A stretch of 45,481 nucleotides of DNA from an uncultured Gammaproteobacteria bacterium (GTDB taxonomy: Bacteria; Patescibacteriota; Microgenomatia; Daviesbacterales; UBA10151). Positions 9,425 through 19,063 of the stretch are shown piece after piece; the first letter of the stretch is position 1, and every line of letters begins with the position of its first letter. Made by a program: the position numbers and the translations under genes. The stretch lies in assembly GCA_964551255.1 (NCBI GenBank), contig CAZKAW010000001.1:31062-76542 (forward strand), given 5' to 3'. Under the pieces are notes generated by a model, which saw only the letters and a program-made list of their open reading frames with translations, made no database searches and was not told where the DNA came from.

Positions 9425-10871
9425 CCCCTTTACCCTCCAAAGGCTTTGCTTTAGGAAACTCCATAATCACTTTGACCCCTTCGGCCACACCTTCCAAGTT
9501 GTTTTTATTGCCCACAAAATAAACAGTCTGATCTTTGGTTGACATCCTTATTTGAGCGGAAATGGTGGCGTGACTTCCGGTAATGGCAATATGGCTTTTA
9601 TCAAGATAAATATAGAGTCCGTCCGGCAGTGTTCCAAAAAAGCCCTCTGTACCAACCAGGATGGATTTTCCGCTAGCCTCTTGTTTTAAAAACCGGGCAA
9701 TTTCTTTTAAACCATAACCTGCAGTCCACTGCTCAAAATACCCTTTTCTTTCTTCAGAAGGTAAAGAGGAGGGAGGGGGATTTGTCAAAAGCTGATAATT
9801 AAAAAGGATTGACGGGACAATCAAAATAATTGTAAGAAAAAACATTGAGAACTTATTTGAAATTTTGTATACCCCGTATCCTGCCATAACCAAAAACAAC
9901 GGGATAGAGGGAAACAGGTATCTGGCTGTAAAAGTCCTGAGAAATGTCATATTTAAAAGCAAAGGGACAAGGGCCCAAAGCAAAATTACCCAACCCAATC
10001 TATTCTTTTCCCTAATTATCTTTATTAACCCGATCACCCCAACTATTATGACGGGCCAGGTTATTAGCCTGGGAAACCAATCCGAGATATCTCTAAGGTG
10101 GGGGATAAAAGGATCAAGTGGTCTTCCTGCAAGTTCCATGGGGGAAAAAACATAATCCGTGTTTCTTGAAGAAAGCAGGTGAAAATTAGGACCCAATCTT
10201 AAAAGGTTATACATTACTAAAGCTATGCCAATTGAAACTCCCCAAAAAAGAAATAATTTTAAAAGATTGTTTTTATCACTTCTGTCTCTTTTATAAACCA
10301 GTGCCGAGAGGGGTATTAGAAACAAGTTAACTACAGCCGGTGTTTTGGTAAGCCATCCTCCCCCCAAAATAAATCCTAAAATAAAAGCCAGATCCAACCT
10401 GGGAAATTTGGCAAGCCAGACAGCAAAAAAGAGTGCCCATACGCTAAAAGCCGACAACATGGAGTCAACCAAAGCCATCCGGTCAAAAAAAACAGTGTAG
10501 GGAATAACAGTGTATAGAAGCGCTGCCCAAAAGCCTGTCCTTTTCCCTCCCAATCTACTGCCCAAAGCAAAAACTCCGGCTAAGGTCATAAGGCCTGACA
10601 AAACAGATAAAAACCGGCCGGCAAAAAGAGGGTCTTCAAAAACTTTAAAAAGCGGCATCATTGTCCACATAAATAAAGGGGTTTTGCCGTCGGATAAGGG
10701 TAAAAACCGCAGTGTTGGCTCGCTTTTCATTACCTGAGCCCATCTTATATAAATAGCCTCATCAGCAAAAATAGGCTGAAGGGTCAAGTTAGGAATTCTT
10801 AATATCAGATAGGCTGCCAAAATAATTAAGAAAAGAAAAATCTCCAGCTTTCTTTTTATGAGGAAACCCAT
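9393..10871 (-). CDS. ArnT/PMT-family (GT39/GT83-like) GT-C glycosyltransferase
   Basis: 492 aa. The first loop FADEAIYIRWA..GKTPLFMW matches the DE-x-x-Y plus K-x-P-L-x-x-W pattern of ArnT/PMT_2 enzymes. Multi-pass N-terminal part followed by a C-terminal soluble domain. Confidence 0.65.
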   Translation of the reverse strand: MGFLIKRKLEIFLFLIILAAYLILRIPNLTLQPIFADEAIYIRWAQVMKSEPTLRFLPLSDGKTPLFMWTMMPLFKVFEDPLFAGRFLSVLSGLMTLAGVFALGSRLGGKRTGFWAALLYTVIPYTVFFDRMALVDSMLSAFSVWALFFAVWLAKFPRLDLAFILGFILGGGWLTKTPAVVNLFLIPLSALVYKRDRSDKNNLLKLFLFWGVSIGIALVMYNLLRLGPNFHLLSSRNTDYVFSPMELAGRPLDPFIPHLRDISDWFPRLITWPVIIVGVIGLIKIIREKNRLGWVILLWALVPLLLNMTFLRTFTARYLFPSIPLFLVMAGYGVYKISNKFSMFFLTIILIVPSILFNYQLLTNPPPSSLPSEERKGYFEQWTAGYGLKEIARFLKQEASGKSILVGTEGFFGTLPDGLYIYLDKSHIAITGSHATISAQIRMSTKDQTVYFVGNKNNLEGVAEGVKVIMEFPKAKPLEGKGDATVLYQVLP

Positions 10872-10931
10872 TACTTAATTGTACTTCCCTAATCACCTCT
10901 CAGCAAGCTTTCAGTAAGAATTATGCAAATT

Positions 10932-12401
10932 TTAAGCTATCCGTACAGGGGTATCCAAATGACCCCGTCTTACCATATACCTTGCCGAACCGGTTAAGAT
11001 GGGAGAAGCCGGGGATGGTTCCAAGATAAAGTTGCTTTCAAACCTTTGTATCCCATAAGCATCCGTGACTATTACCCCTTCAGGTCTTTCCAAAATCATC
11101 CTCTTTGTGCCGTTTGCCCAACCTACCACAGCTTCTATTCCGTCCGTTCGTTTCAGTTTAACCAGTGTATAATCCTTTGAGCTCAGTATTGTTATATCTT
11201 CAAGCTGTGCCAATAATCTAGCATTATATTCCCATGCATCAAAGGTAGGCTTTAAAACCCACTTACCATCTTTAAAAGAAGCCAGGGATTGATAGTCCTG
11301 CCCCATGCTGTGAAAGTTATACCAAAATACCTTGCTCACCTTTTTGGAACCTATGGCAAGCATCAGCATGGCCGGCAGGTGACACTCAGCCAGCTGGTCT
11401 AAACGAAATTGAGTTTGGGGATGGTCTGCCCCGGGAAACCCTACCTCCCTCAATATCAGCTCTTTTCCCTCCCAACCATTCCTCTGCATAACCTGATAAG
11501 TCTGATCAATCAAGGCAGAAATTCCTAAAACAGGCTTTGTCTCTCTTTTATAATCTCTGACCGCTTCAATATCATTAACCGGGGGATAGAGGTGTAAAGT
11601 AATAAAATCGAAATGATCAGCCGGAATCCCCATAAGTGCAACTTCCTGTCTTAATCCCGGATAATCATAATAGGCAGGACCCGCCGGGGAAAACTTCACA
11701 CCGGGAAGTGCTTCTTGAGCACGGCAGGCATTAGCATCTCTCAATGCATCCTCCTGCAAACCCGGCCTATTTCTCCACTCATGTGCCCAGGGCAGATCAA
11801 ACTCATTACCATATGTTTGATGTCTAAAGCCAAAGCTATATAAGTCTCTTACAACAGTACATATCCGCTCCGGTCTGTGCTTATAATTTAATTCTATAAC
11901 CACTATAGCTTCAGCCTGTCTTCCTAAAGCATCCGGACTGGTAAGCCAGGTGGCTGTATTGAAAAACTCCTGCATCATCTCTAAATATGTTTCACCCTCT
12001 CGAGGAGGCCTGACGAGTTTTTTCTCAGAGGCGGAATTAGTGGTGGAGGGAAACCAAAACCTGTGATTTTGTAGTCTATTCCTATCAGGATCTACGGCAA
12101 AAGAGGTGTGAATTTTTTCCGGTATATCATACCCCCAAAGGTGGGCGTTAACCAAACCCACCGGAGATAAACAAAGCGGAGTAACCCTGATTTGATCCAA
12201 AGGGGGTGTATAGGGACCTTTGTTTCTAACAGCAGGAGTCCGGTTTGCCAAAAAATCAGCAATGGCTTCTTCTCTGCTTTTGGGGGGAAGTTCGCTGGAG
12301 GATCCTAAAGCTACATCCAGCATAGCCAGAGTCCCTCCAAATGAAAAGGCGGTCTTTACAAGAAAATCCCGACGGGTAAGCCGGGACAGAACTCGCTCCA
12401 T
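10932..12401 (-). CDS. Secreted (Tat signal) clan GH-A-like glycoside hydrolase
   Basis: 489 aa. The N-terminus LTRRDFLVKTAFSFGGTLAMLDVALG fits the twin-arginine consensus S/T-R-R-x-F-L-K. YGNEFDL (NE acid/base-like) and LILREVGFPG (nucleophile-like Glu) lie about 120 residues apart, as in (beta/alpha)8 clan A hydrolases. G+C is clearly higher than in the neighbouring genes. Confidence 0.55.
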   Translation of the reverse strand: MERVLSRLTRRDFLVKTAFSFGGTLAMLDVALGSSSELPPKSREEAIADFLANRTPAVRNKGPYTPPLDQIRVTPLCLSPVGLVNAHLWGYDIPEKIHTSFAVDPDRNRLQNHRFWFPSTTNSASEKKLVRPPREGETYLEMMQEFFNTATWLTSPDALGRQAEAIVVIELNYKHRPERICTVVRDLYSFGFRHQTYGNEFDLPWAHEWRNRPGLQEDALRDANACRAQEALPGVKFSPAGPAYYDYPGLRQEVALMGIPADHFDFITLHLYPPVNDIEAVRDYKRETKPVLGISALIDQTYQVMQRNGWEGKELILREVGFPGADHPQTQFRLDQLAECHLPAMLMLAIGSKKVSKVFWYNFHSMGQDYQSLASFKDGKWVLKPTFDAWEYNARLLAQLEDITILSSKDYTLVKLKRTDGIEAVVGWANGTKRMILERPEGVIVTDAYGIQRFESNFILEPSPASPILTGSARYMVRRGHLDTPVRIA

Positions 12402-12415
12402 ATTTATTTTTGCAG

Positions 12416-13777
12416 TTATCGTGATCTAATTAGGATTTTATCACGATCTGCTTTTAAAATCTCATACCTATTTTTATCTATTTTTGCCTGATCCAACCTC
12501 CACTGGTAAGTAATAAGATAGAGGGTTTCCTTGCTTTCAAATATGGGTATTAAATGATTGGCCCTGATTTGATTTACTTTTTTATTTGAATAAAAAGAGG
12601 CGCTTGGTAAAAACTCTCCGTCAATATAAAAATCACCCGGATATTTTCCCGCCTCTCTGGATAAAATCTCCTCATCGGAAATAAAGGAAGGTATATCAAT
12701 AAACTCCACCCAGGATCTTTGGAGTTGTATTAAAGATAAATAAAAAGAGAGGCCCAAAATAATTAGAGTCATAACTGCCTTATTTTTAATTATTTTTGTA
12801 AGAAAAACTGACAAAAAGCCAAACAATGATAAAAGCATAATCGGGTGAAGGGGTATCAGGTGCCAAATTTGCCCTTTTTGGGAAAAAATAAAAGGAATAA
12901 AGAAAACAAGGAAAAAGACAGATAAAATCAAAAACCTTCTCTGTCTTAAGAATAATCCTATGAGGACAGAAACTATTCCCGGCCAAAACCACCTGCCAAT
13001 TCCCAAATATAAATAATCTTTCATCAGTTTTAAATTTTGCCAGTAATCTGTTTCCACCTTGACCCCGGGAAGACCAATTGAAAAAAACCTGGGCAGAAAA
13101 TTGGAATTAATCATTTGCTGGGAAAAAACCCACCCCAGAAATACTGCTGCTACCAGCCCCAAAGGCCAAACTAGCTTTTTAAGTTTTACCTTTTTCCAAA
13201 AAATTATTATTAGAGAAGGGATAATAACAAAAGGCACCAATGTTTTTATTAAAAGAAGCAGAGCCATACTGATTGAAAAGGGAAGTTGAAACTTTTTATC
13301 TTTAACACTCTTTAAAGCCAGGAGCAGGGTTAGCAAAAAGAAAAAAGTTAAAGGCACATCTAAATTACCGGACCTGGCTCTGAACAAAAACCAATATGAG
13401 GAAGCTAAAGACAGGGCTGAGGCAAACCCAACTGTTTTATTAAAAAGCTCTTTACCTAAAAAATAAATTACTATTAAGCTTAAAAATCCCAATATAGCTG
13501 AGGGAAGTCTCACCGCCAGATTACTATCCCCCATTATTTTTAAACTTAGAGCCATCATCCAGTACCCGGCAGGCGGGTGGTCGCTATAGAAGCTTCCATT
13601 CCATTTTAAATTTATCAAGTCCCCGCTTTTTATAATTTCCTTGGCCACACTGCCATACCAGGCTTCATCAAATGCTACCAGTGACGATTGACCGAGTTTA
13701 TAAAAAAATAAAGGGGTAAGGGTGGTAAGCAGTAAAATAATCAGCAAGCTTTTTCTTTCAAACAGTTTTGCCATCAA
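12416..13777 (-). CDS. ArnT/PMT-family (GT39/GT83-like) GT-C glycosyltransferase
   Basis: 453 aa. First loop AFDEAWYGSVAKEI..SDHPPAGYWMMAL (DE-x-x-Y and PP-x-x-YW motifs). Multi-pass, with a C-terminal soluble domain. Confidence 0.7.
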   Translation of the reverse strand: MMAKLFERKSLLIILLLTTLTPLFFYKLGQSSLVAFDEAWYGSVAKEIIKSGDLINLKWNGSFYSDHPPAGYWMMALSLKIMGDSNLAVRLPSAILGFLSLIVIYFLGKELFNKTVGFASALSLASSYWFLFRARSGNLDVPLTFFFLLTLLLALKSVKDKKFQLPFSISMALLLLIKTLVPFVIIPSLIIIFWKKVKLKKLVWPLGLVAAVFLGWVFSQQMINSNFLPRFFSIGLPGVKVETDYWQNLKLMKDYLYLGIGRWFWPGIVSVLIGLFLRQRRFLILSVFFLVFFIPFIFSQKGQIWHLIPLHPIMLLSLFGFLSVFLTKIIKNKAVMTLIILGLSFYLSLIQLQRSWVEFIDIPSFISDEEILSREAGKYPGDFYIDGEFLPSASFYSNKKVNQIRANHLIPIFESKETLYLITYQWRLDQAKIDKNRYEILKADRDKILIRSR

Positions 13778-14508
13778 TACTTCCCGCTTAAATCATTCCA
13801 CCTGATCCGAAGCATGTCATAAATTGCCGCTGCCGCATCCTTGATAACTTGCACTCTTTCCGTATCCACGTAATTCCACTCCACCCCGACTTCGGCAATT
13901 TTAAACCCGTATTTTTTGGCCAAGTATAAAACTTCCACATCAAAGCCGGCGTTTACCGCTCCACCCTTAAAATGTACTACCCCCCACTCTCCCTTAATTT
14001 TGGGAATAATTACCTCCAGGCTTTTTTTATTGAAAGCTTTAAAACCACACTGGCTATCTTTAAAGGGCAATCCCAAAATAATGTTTCTTAAAACGGAAAA
14101 TCCCCAGGCAGACAGTTTTCTGATTAGAGGTGCCCCCCTTCTGCCTTGTCTTGAGCCGATCACAATATCAAAACCGTTTTTGAATTCAGGCAAAAATTTA
14201 TCAAGCTGGTCAATCGGAGTAGCTTGATCCATGTCTGTAAATAAAACAATTTTGCCTCTTGCTGCCATCATCCCATCCATCACTGCTATGGCTTTACCTC
14301 CATGTTGGTCTTGAATTAGTCTAAATTTGGGGTTTTTGGAAATATAGTTTTTTATTAACTCCACCGAATGATCTGTTGAGCCATCATCAACAATAATCAC
14401 TTCATATTCCAGATTTTTCCTGTCTAAAAATTTATCTACTTTGTCTAAAACGCCTTTGCCAAGATTTTTTTGCTCGTTATAAGAAGGTATCACCACTGAT
14501 ATTTCCAT
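13774..14508 (-). CDS. GT2 polyprenyl-phosphate sugar synthase (DPM1/ALG5/GtrB-like)
   Basis: 244 aa. Motifs ISVVIPSYNE, VIIVDDGSTD, FTDMDQATP. Soluble and single-domain. 4-nt overlap with the downstream ArnT-like gene. Confidence 0.8.
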   Translation of the reverse strand: MEISVVIPSYNEQKNLGKGVLDKVDKFLDRKNLEYEVIIVDDGSTDHSVELIKNYISKNPKFRLIQDQHGGKAIAVMDGMMAARGKIVLFTDMDQATPIDQLDKFLPEFKNGFDIVIGSRQGRRGAPLIRKLSAWGFSVLRNIILGLPFKDSQCGFKAFNKKSLEVIIPKIKGEWGVVHFKGGAVNAGFDVEVLYLAKKYGFKIAEVGVEWNYVDTERVQVIKDAAAAIYDMLRIRWNDLSGKY

Positions 14509-14517
14509 AATTTTCCT

Positions 14518-16674
14518 TTACGGTTTACCGCTTGGGTTTGGTATTAGTTTATATATTTTTACTCCAAATCTAGCTTCCATCCATTGAATCCTTGACCAGC
14601 CAAAACCGGCAATTTCATACTTGGCATTGTGGGTAGGATCACATACCTCATCTTCACAAACCACCAACAGTTGACCTGTTTTATCAAAAGGCACTTGCTT
14701 GGGTTTGTGACCAAAAGCCTCCAGATAAAACTGATAGGCCAAATCATAATTGTTTTTGGAAATTAAGGCAAAATTAAATTCTCTGCCTTCGCTTTTTTCT
14801 ATTATAAAGCGGGCTATATCCTGAGTTTTCTTAAGTTGATTATTAGGCGCAAAATTGAGCGGATTTTTTTGCAAATTAACTAAGGTTAAACTTACTACTA
14901 AACCGGTCAAAGCAATTACTGACAAACGCCTTCCCGCATCCGATGTGGGAATACGGACCAGGCGGGTTAAAGAACCAAAGAGCAAAAACGGCACGGGGTT
15001 TAAAAAACCTAAATAATGATCATAAATATCCTGCTTTAGAAAAGACAGCCCAAAAACTCCCGCCAAAAGCCAAACCCCCAAAACCCTTCTTGGCCAGCCG
15101 GGGAAAAACAAGGCTGCCAGTATCAAAGCAGAAACTAGAATAGACAAATACAAGTTTTCTCCTGCTATATACCTGCCAATTAAATCCTGAGTAAAGATTT
15201 CAGGAATCCTGGCTAAATTTTCCCCAAAACTAACCTTTAGCGCCCCGCCTTCTGTCAAAAGAGTGGTGATTGCTCTGTAGTTTAAGTAGTTATGCCGAAG
15301 GTCAAACCAAACCAGGGGAGACATCAGCACCAAAAAAGCCGCTATTGCCAAAACAGTTCCCCGTATCACATTTTTTTTATTCTTTCCAAAAATTATTTCA
15401 TTTACCCAAACGGCAGTTATAATAGGGATTAAAATTAAGGCCAGATAATGCATCTGCAGAGCAAAAGCCAAAGAGACTCCGCTTAAAACAAACCATAAAA
15501 AATTACCACCCCGGTGAAGTTTATATAGCCCCAGGAAAATTATCAAAGTAAAAAAAGGCAGGGGATTGGGGTTCCAAGAAAAACGGCTATAGTTGATCGT
15601 TACAGTAGATAAAGCGTATAAAAAAGCCGACAAGACTCCCGCCCAAGCTCCAAACCAGGTCTTTCCCAAATAATAAATCAACCCCACTGTTGCTACTCCA
15701 ATAACAGCCACCATGACTGCAGCCGATACAGGGTTAAAGCCGGTAAGTACCATTGGCACAAACATCATGTAATAGTAAAGCGGTCCCAGATAAATATTTC
15801 CTACAGAAGTCGGCGGACCAATTAGCGGCAGGTGTTTCTCAACCCAGATATTTTTGACAATTGCAGCATCCCTGCCCTCATCTCCCAGAAAAATCATATA
15901 TTCATCCAGTTTATAGAAGCGCAAAAAAGAAGCCAAAAGCAATATCCCTAAAATAGCTATAAATGCTCCCTTGTGTTGTTTTAGTTCCCACCAAAGCTTA
16001 ACTAAATCCAAGTATGATTTGATAATTACATTCAAACTGGCCCCGGTTGGTTTGCCGCAGAGACGCGGATAGTGGTTTACTCCCACCTCGGCAATTCTAA
16101 ATCCTCCCTTTTTGGCCTTGATGGCAATTTCGGCGTTAATCATTGCTCCTCTTTGAGACTCAAGATGGGGAATTTCTTCCAAGACTTTTCTTTTGACCAT
16201 CTTAAAACCGCAATCCACATCTTTTAAAGTTAATCTGAAAAAAGCAAGCAGTGTCAGCTTCCAACCTTGCTTAAAAACAGTTCTGATAAAAGGATCCCTT
16301 CTTTTAATTCTATAGCCTATTACCAAATCCGCCTCTTTAATTTTTTCCAAAAACTTTGTCACTTCTGAAAAATCAAATTGCCTGTCTCCGTCTGTGTAAA
16401 CAATGGTGTCAAATTTAGCATTATAAAAACCGCTCTTTAAAGCTTCTCCGTAACCTAAGTTTTTAGGATGATGAATCACTCTGATTAAAGAATTCTGTTT
16501 GGATAAATTATCAGCAATCTCACCGGTTTTATCTGTTGAGCCGTCATCAACAATAATGATTTCATACTTTAGCTTAAGCTTTTTTAAAACCTTTTCTGCT
16601 TTTTTGACAATGTTTTCAACATTGCCTTCTTCATTAATACAGGGGAAAAATACCGACAAGGAGTCTATATTCAT
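14518..16674 (-). CDS. Fusion protein: N-terminal GT2 polyprenyl-phosphate sugar synthase plus C-terminal GT-C-like polytopic domain
   Basis: 718 aa. Residues 1 to about 235 are GT2 (IIIVDDGSTDKTGE, YTDGDRQF). The remainder is multi-pass, with FLGDEGRDAAIV..LIGPPTSVGNIYLGPLYYY and FDLRHNY motifs shared with the five proteins at 34062-43228. Confidence 0.7.
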   Translation of the reverse strand: MNIDSLSVFFPCINEEGNVENIVKKAEKVLKKLKLKYEIIIVDDGSTDKTGEIADNLSKQNSLIRVIHHPKNLGYGEALKSGFYNAKFDTIVYTDGDRQFDFSEVTKFLEKIKEADLVIGYRIKRRDPFIRTVFKQGWKLTLLAFFRLTLKDVDCGFKMVKRKVLEEIPHLESQRGAMINAEIAIKAKKGGFRIAEVGVNHYPRLCGKPTGASLNVIIKSYLDLVKLWWELKQHKGAFIAILGILLLASFLRFYKLDEYMIFLGDEGRDAAIVKNIWVEKHLPLIGPPTSVGNIYLGPLYYYMMFVPMVLTGFNPVSAAVMVAVIGVATVGLIYYLGKTWFGAWAGVLSAFLYALSTVTINYSRFSWNPNPLPFFTLIIFLGLYKLHRGGNFLWFVLSGVSLAFALQMHYLALILIPIITAVWVNEIIFGKNKKNVIRGTVLAIAAFLVLMSPLVWFDLRHNYLNYRAITTLLTEGGALKVSFGENLARIPEIFTQDLIGRYIAGENLYLSILVSALILAALFFPGWPRRVLGVWLLAGVFGLSFLKQDIYDHYLGFLNPVPFLLFGSLTRLVRIPTSDAGRRLSVIALTGLVVSLTLVNLQKNPLNFAPNNQLKKTQDIARFIIEKSEGREFNFALISKNNYDLAYQFYLEAFGHKPKQVPFDKTGQLLVVCEDEVCDPTHNAKYEIAGFGWSRIQWMEARFGVKIYKLIPNPSGKP

Positions 16675-16706
16675 ACTCCTGAGTGTAGCATAATTTTATC
16701 CCAATC

Positions 16707-16715
16707 TGCTATGAT
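16707..16715 (+). promoter_or_regulatory. Extended -10 element (TGcTATGAT) ending 6 nt before the ATG at 16722; candidate leaderless start
   Basis: TG at 16707-16708 and TATGAT at 16710-16715, then 6 nt to the ATG. No Shine-Dalgarno and no clear -35. Confidence 0.3.
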
Positions 16716-16721
16716 TTAACT

Positions 16722-17882
16722 ATGAAAAAGATGAATGACTTTGTTCTTCTTATTACTTTGACAGTATTTCTTACTTTTATTATCTGGTTACCTCACCTTT
16801 TGGCTGCACCGAATTTCTGGGGGCTATCATTCCAAAACGGATTTAACACCATTTACAGAAATTTTGACGGTTTAGAGTATATAGTCATTGCCAAAACATA
16901 TTATCAACCGGGTTTAATTGCTTCCTTACCTCTGTCACTTCCGGCCGGCTATTTTGCTTCACACTTTCCCGGCTATTCCCTCTTAATAAATGTCTTTGCT
17001 CCGCTTTTGGGGTATCTTAAGTCAATGCTGTTTGTATCTTTGTTTTCCACCATCCTGGCAGCCTGCATCTTTTATAAACTGGTTAAAGATTTCAATTTAA
17101 GCACTCACCCGCTTTTTCTTTCTATCCTCTTTTTAATACTGCCCGCCCGCTGGGTGATCGTTCACTCTGTTGGTTCTTCCGAACCCTTATTTATTTTATT
17201 GATTATTTTGTCTGTCTACTTTTTTATGAAATATGAGACAGAGCAAAAATTTCAATTTATTCTTCTGACCGGAGTCTTCGGACTATTTGCTCAATTAACA
17301 AGACCTCCGGGGATTCTTCTTTTTATAGCCTTATCTTTGTACCTAGTCTGGAAAATTCTAAAAACAAGAATGCGCTTTGTTTCGATTATTCGAATAATTG
17401 GTCTAAACACTCCGCTGCTTTTGATACCGGCCGGACTTTTGTTAATTTTTTACTGGTATGCCTTAACTTACGGAAATTTTTTTGCCTATTTCCAAAGCGG
17501 TGACAATATCCACTTGAATTTCCCCCCATTTGGGGTTTTTAATAAAAACCAATTTTGGGTAGGAGATATTTGGCTGGAAGATTTAATCTATATTTTTATT
17601 TTGGGATTTTTGGGAGCAGTCTCACTTTTTAAAAGGGGCCTTTATCCCATGGCCTATTTTGTTTTAATATACTTTATTGCCTCAACCTTAATAGCTCACA
17701 GGGATATCTCAAGGTATATTCTACCAGTTACTCCTTTTGTCCTGATTGCTTTTGAAAAAGTTTTAACAAGTAAAGAATTTAAAATCATCCTGCCGATTAT
17801 TCTTTTGGTTATTTACTTGTATGCCCAAAATTTTATTTTGGCCAATACCGCACCCATCCCAAATCTCCAAATTTTTAATTAA
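16722..17882 (+). CDS. Polytopic membrane protein, possible GT-C mannosyltransferase (PIG-V/GT76-like motif)
   Basis: 386 aa and multi-pass. The first loop FDGLEYIVIAKTYY resembles the (W/F)D-x-x-x-(F/Y)-x-x-IA-x-x-GY motif of PIG-V-type enzymes; this is recall only. It is the only plus-strand gene in the left cluster. Confidence 0.4.
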   Translation: MKKMNDFVLLITLTVFLTFIIWLPHLLAAPNFWGLSFQNGFNTIYRNFDGLEYIVIAKTYYQPGLIASLPLSLPAGYFASHFPGYSLLINVFAPLLGYLKSMLFVSLFSTILAACIFYKLVKDFNLSTHPLFLSILFLILPARWVIVHSVGSSEPLFILLIILSVYFFMKYETEQKFQFILLTGVFGLFAQLTRPPGILLFIALSLYLVWKILKTRMRFVSIIRIIGLNTPLLLIPAGLLLIFYWYALTYGNFFAYFQSGDNIHLNFPPFGVFNKNQFWVGDIWLEDLIYIFILGFLGAVSLFKRGLYPMAYFVLIYFIASTLIAHRDISRYILPVTPFVLIAFEKVLTSKEFKIILPIILLVIYLYAQNFILANTAPIPNLQIFN

Positions 17883-19063
17883 TCTTCCTGATGCTTCCAG
17901 GTAACAAAGTGGTTAACCGTAAAATTCCAAAGCATCACCGGCGGGATGGTAGCGAAAAAGTAAAAGTTATTGTAAGCAATCGGCCTTCCCAAAACAGTGA
18001 TAAACCCGTCACCATAAGTTGAATGAAGCAGCTTAACAATTAATACTCCTATAACTAAACCTCCTAAACTGACCAGGTTGAAAATACTCAGTTTTTGCCA
18101 AAAGTTGGTTTTAGTTTTTCTATATTTAAAAGTCCAGAAGTTATTAAGAAAAAAATTATTTATTATGGCTATCTCTGTTGAGAAACCTTTACTGGTAGCA
18201 GGAGGCAGTCCAAACAGATTAATAAATAATTTATAAAAGAAAAAGTCAACTAAAGTCCCCACAAATCCTACCAGGCCAAACTTAACAGGTGTTTTAGCTC
18301 TTCTGCTTAACTTATATAGCGGAAAATCTATTCCCCAGTTTTTTAATCTGACGTCTAAACAATAGGCAATTACATCATATGTATAATTAAAAACTTTATT
18401 TTTGGAATAACCCTCCAACCTGTTTTTAAATATCAGAGGGACTTCTTTATATTTGGCTCCGACCAAAATAGCCTCATGCAAAAAAGCCGGCTGGACAATA
18501 AAAGTTTTTTCTCTCCAGGGAAGTCTGGCTAAATTGATTTTTTTAAAGAGGGCCGGAGTAAAAGCTCTGGCGGAATTTGTTACCTCTTTGATATCCCAAG
18601 GTCCTACAGTTAATCTAAAAAAGAGGGAAGCTCCGTAGGTAAAAATTCTTCTTAAAAAAGACAGCTGGTTTTTACCTCCCTCAACAAATCTGGAACCAAT
18701 GGCTAAAGTGTAACCCTGATCTATCGTTTCAACCAACCTCACTAAGACATCTTCAATCACCTGGCCATCAGCGTCCAGTTGGGCCAAAATATCCGGGTGA
18801 ATTTTTTCCAAAGCATATTTGTGCCCCATTATTAAACCTACTCCCAGGCCTGGGTCAACTTTAATAAAATGGATTCTTTTGTTTTTACTTGCCAATTTCC
18901 CGGCTAACTCCCGGGTACCGTCTGTAGAGCGGATATCATCGGCTATAACCAGATGAATTTCCCAATCGGGAAGTTTTTTTTGCTGCTTTAAAACTCTGTC
19001 TACAGTTTTTTCAAGATTAGCTCTTTCGTTATATGTAGGTAAAACAACAGAAACCCGTTTCAT
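17879..19063 (-). CDS. Fusion protein: GT2 polyprenyl-phosphate sugar synthase (DPM1/GtrB-like) plus C-terminal GtrA-like membrane domain
   Basis: 394 aa. N-terminal motifs VSVVLPTYNE, QLDADGQ. The C-terminal ~130 aa has 4 TM helices with VKFGLVGFVGTLVDFFFY..IINNFFLNNFWTFKYR, typical of the GtrA family. Confidence 0.75.
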   Translation of the reverse strand: MKRVSVVLPTYNERANLEKTVDRVLKQQKKLPDWEIHLVIADDIRSTDGTRELAGKLASKNKRIHFIKVDPGLGVGLIMGHKYALEKIHPDILAQLDADGQVIEDVLVRLVETIDQGYTLAIGSRFVEGGKNQLSFLRRIFTYGASLFFRLTVGPWDIKEVTNSARAFTPALFKKINLARLPWREKTFIVQPAFLHEAILVGAKYKEVPLIFKNRLEGYSKNKVFNYTYDVIAYCLDVRLKNWGIDFPLYKLSRRAKTPVKFGLVGFVGTLVDFFFYKLFINLFGLPPATSKGFSTEIAIINNFFLNNFWTFKYRKTKTNFWQKLSIFNLVSLGGLVIGVLIVKLLHSTYGDGFITVLGRPIAYNNFYFFATIPPVMLWNFTVNHFVTWKHQED

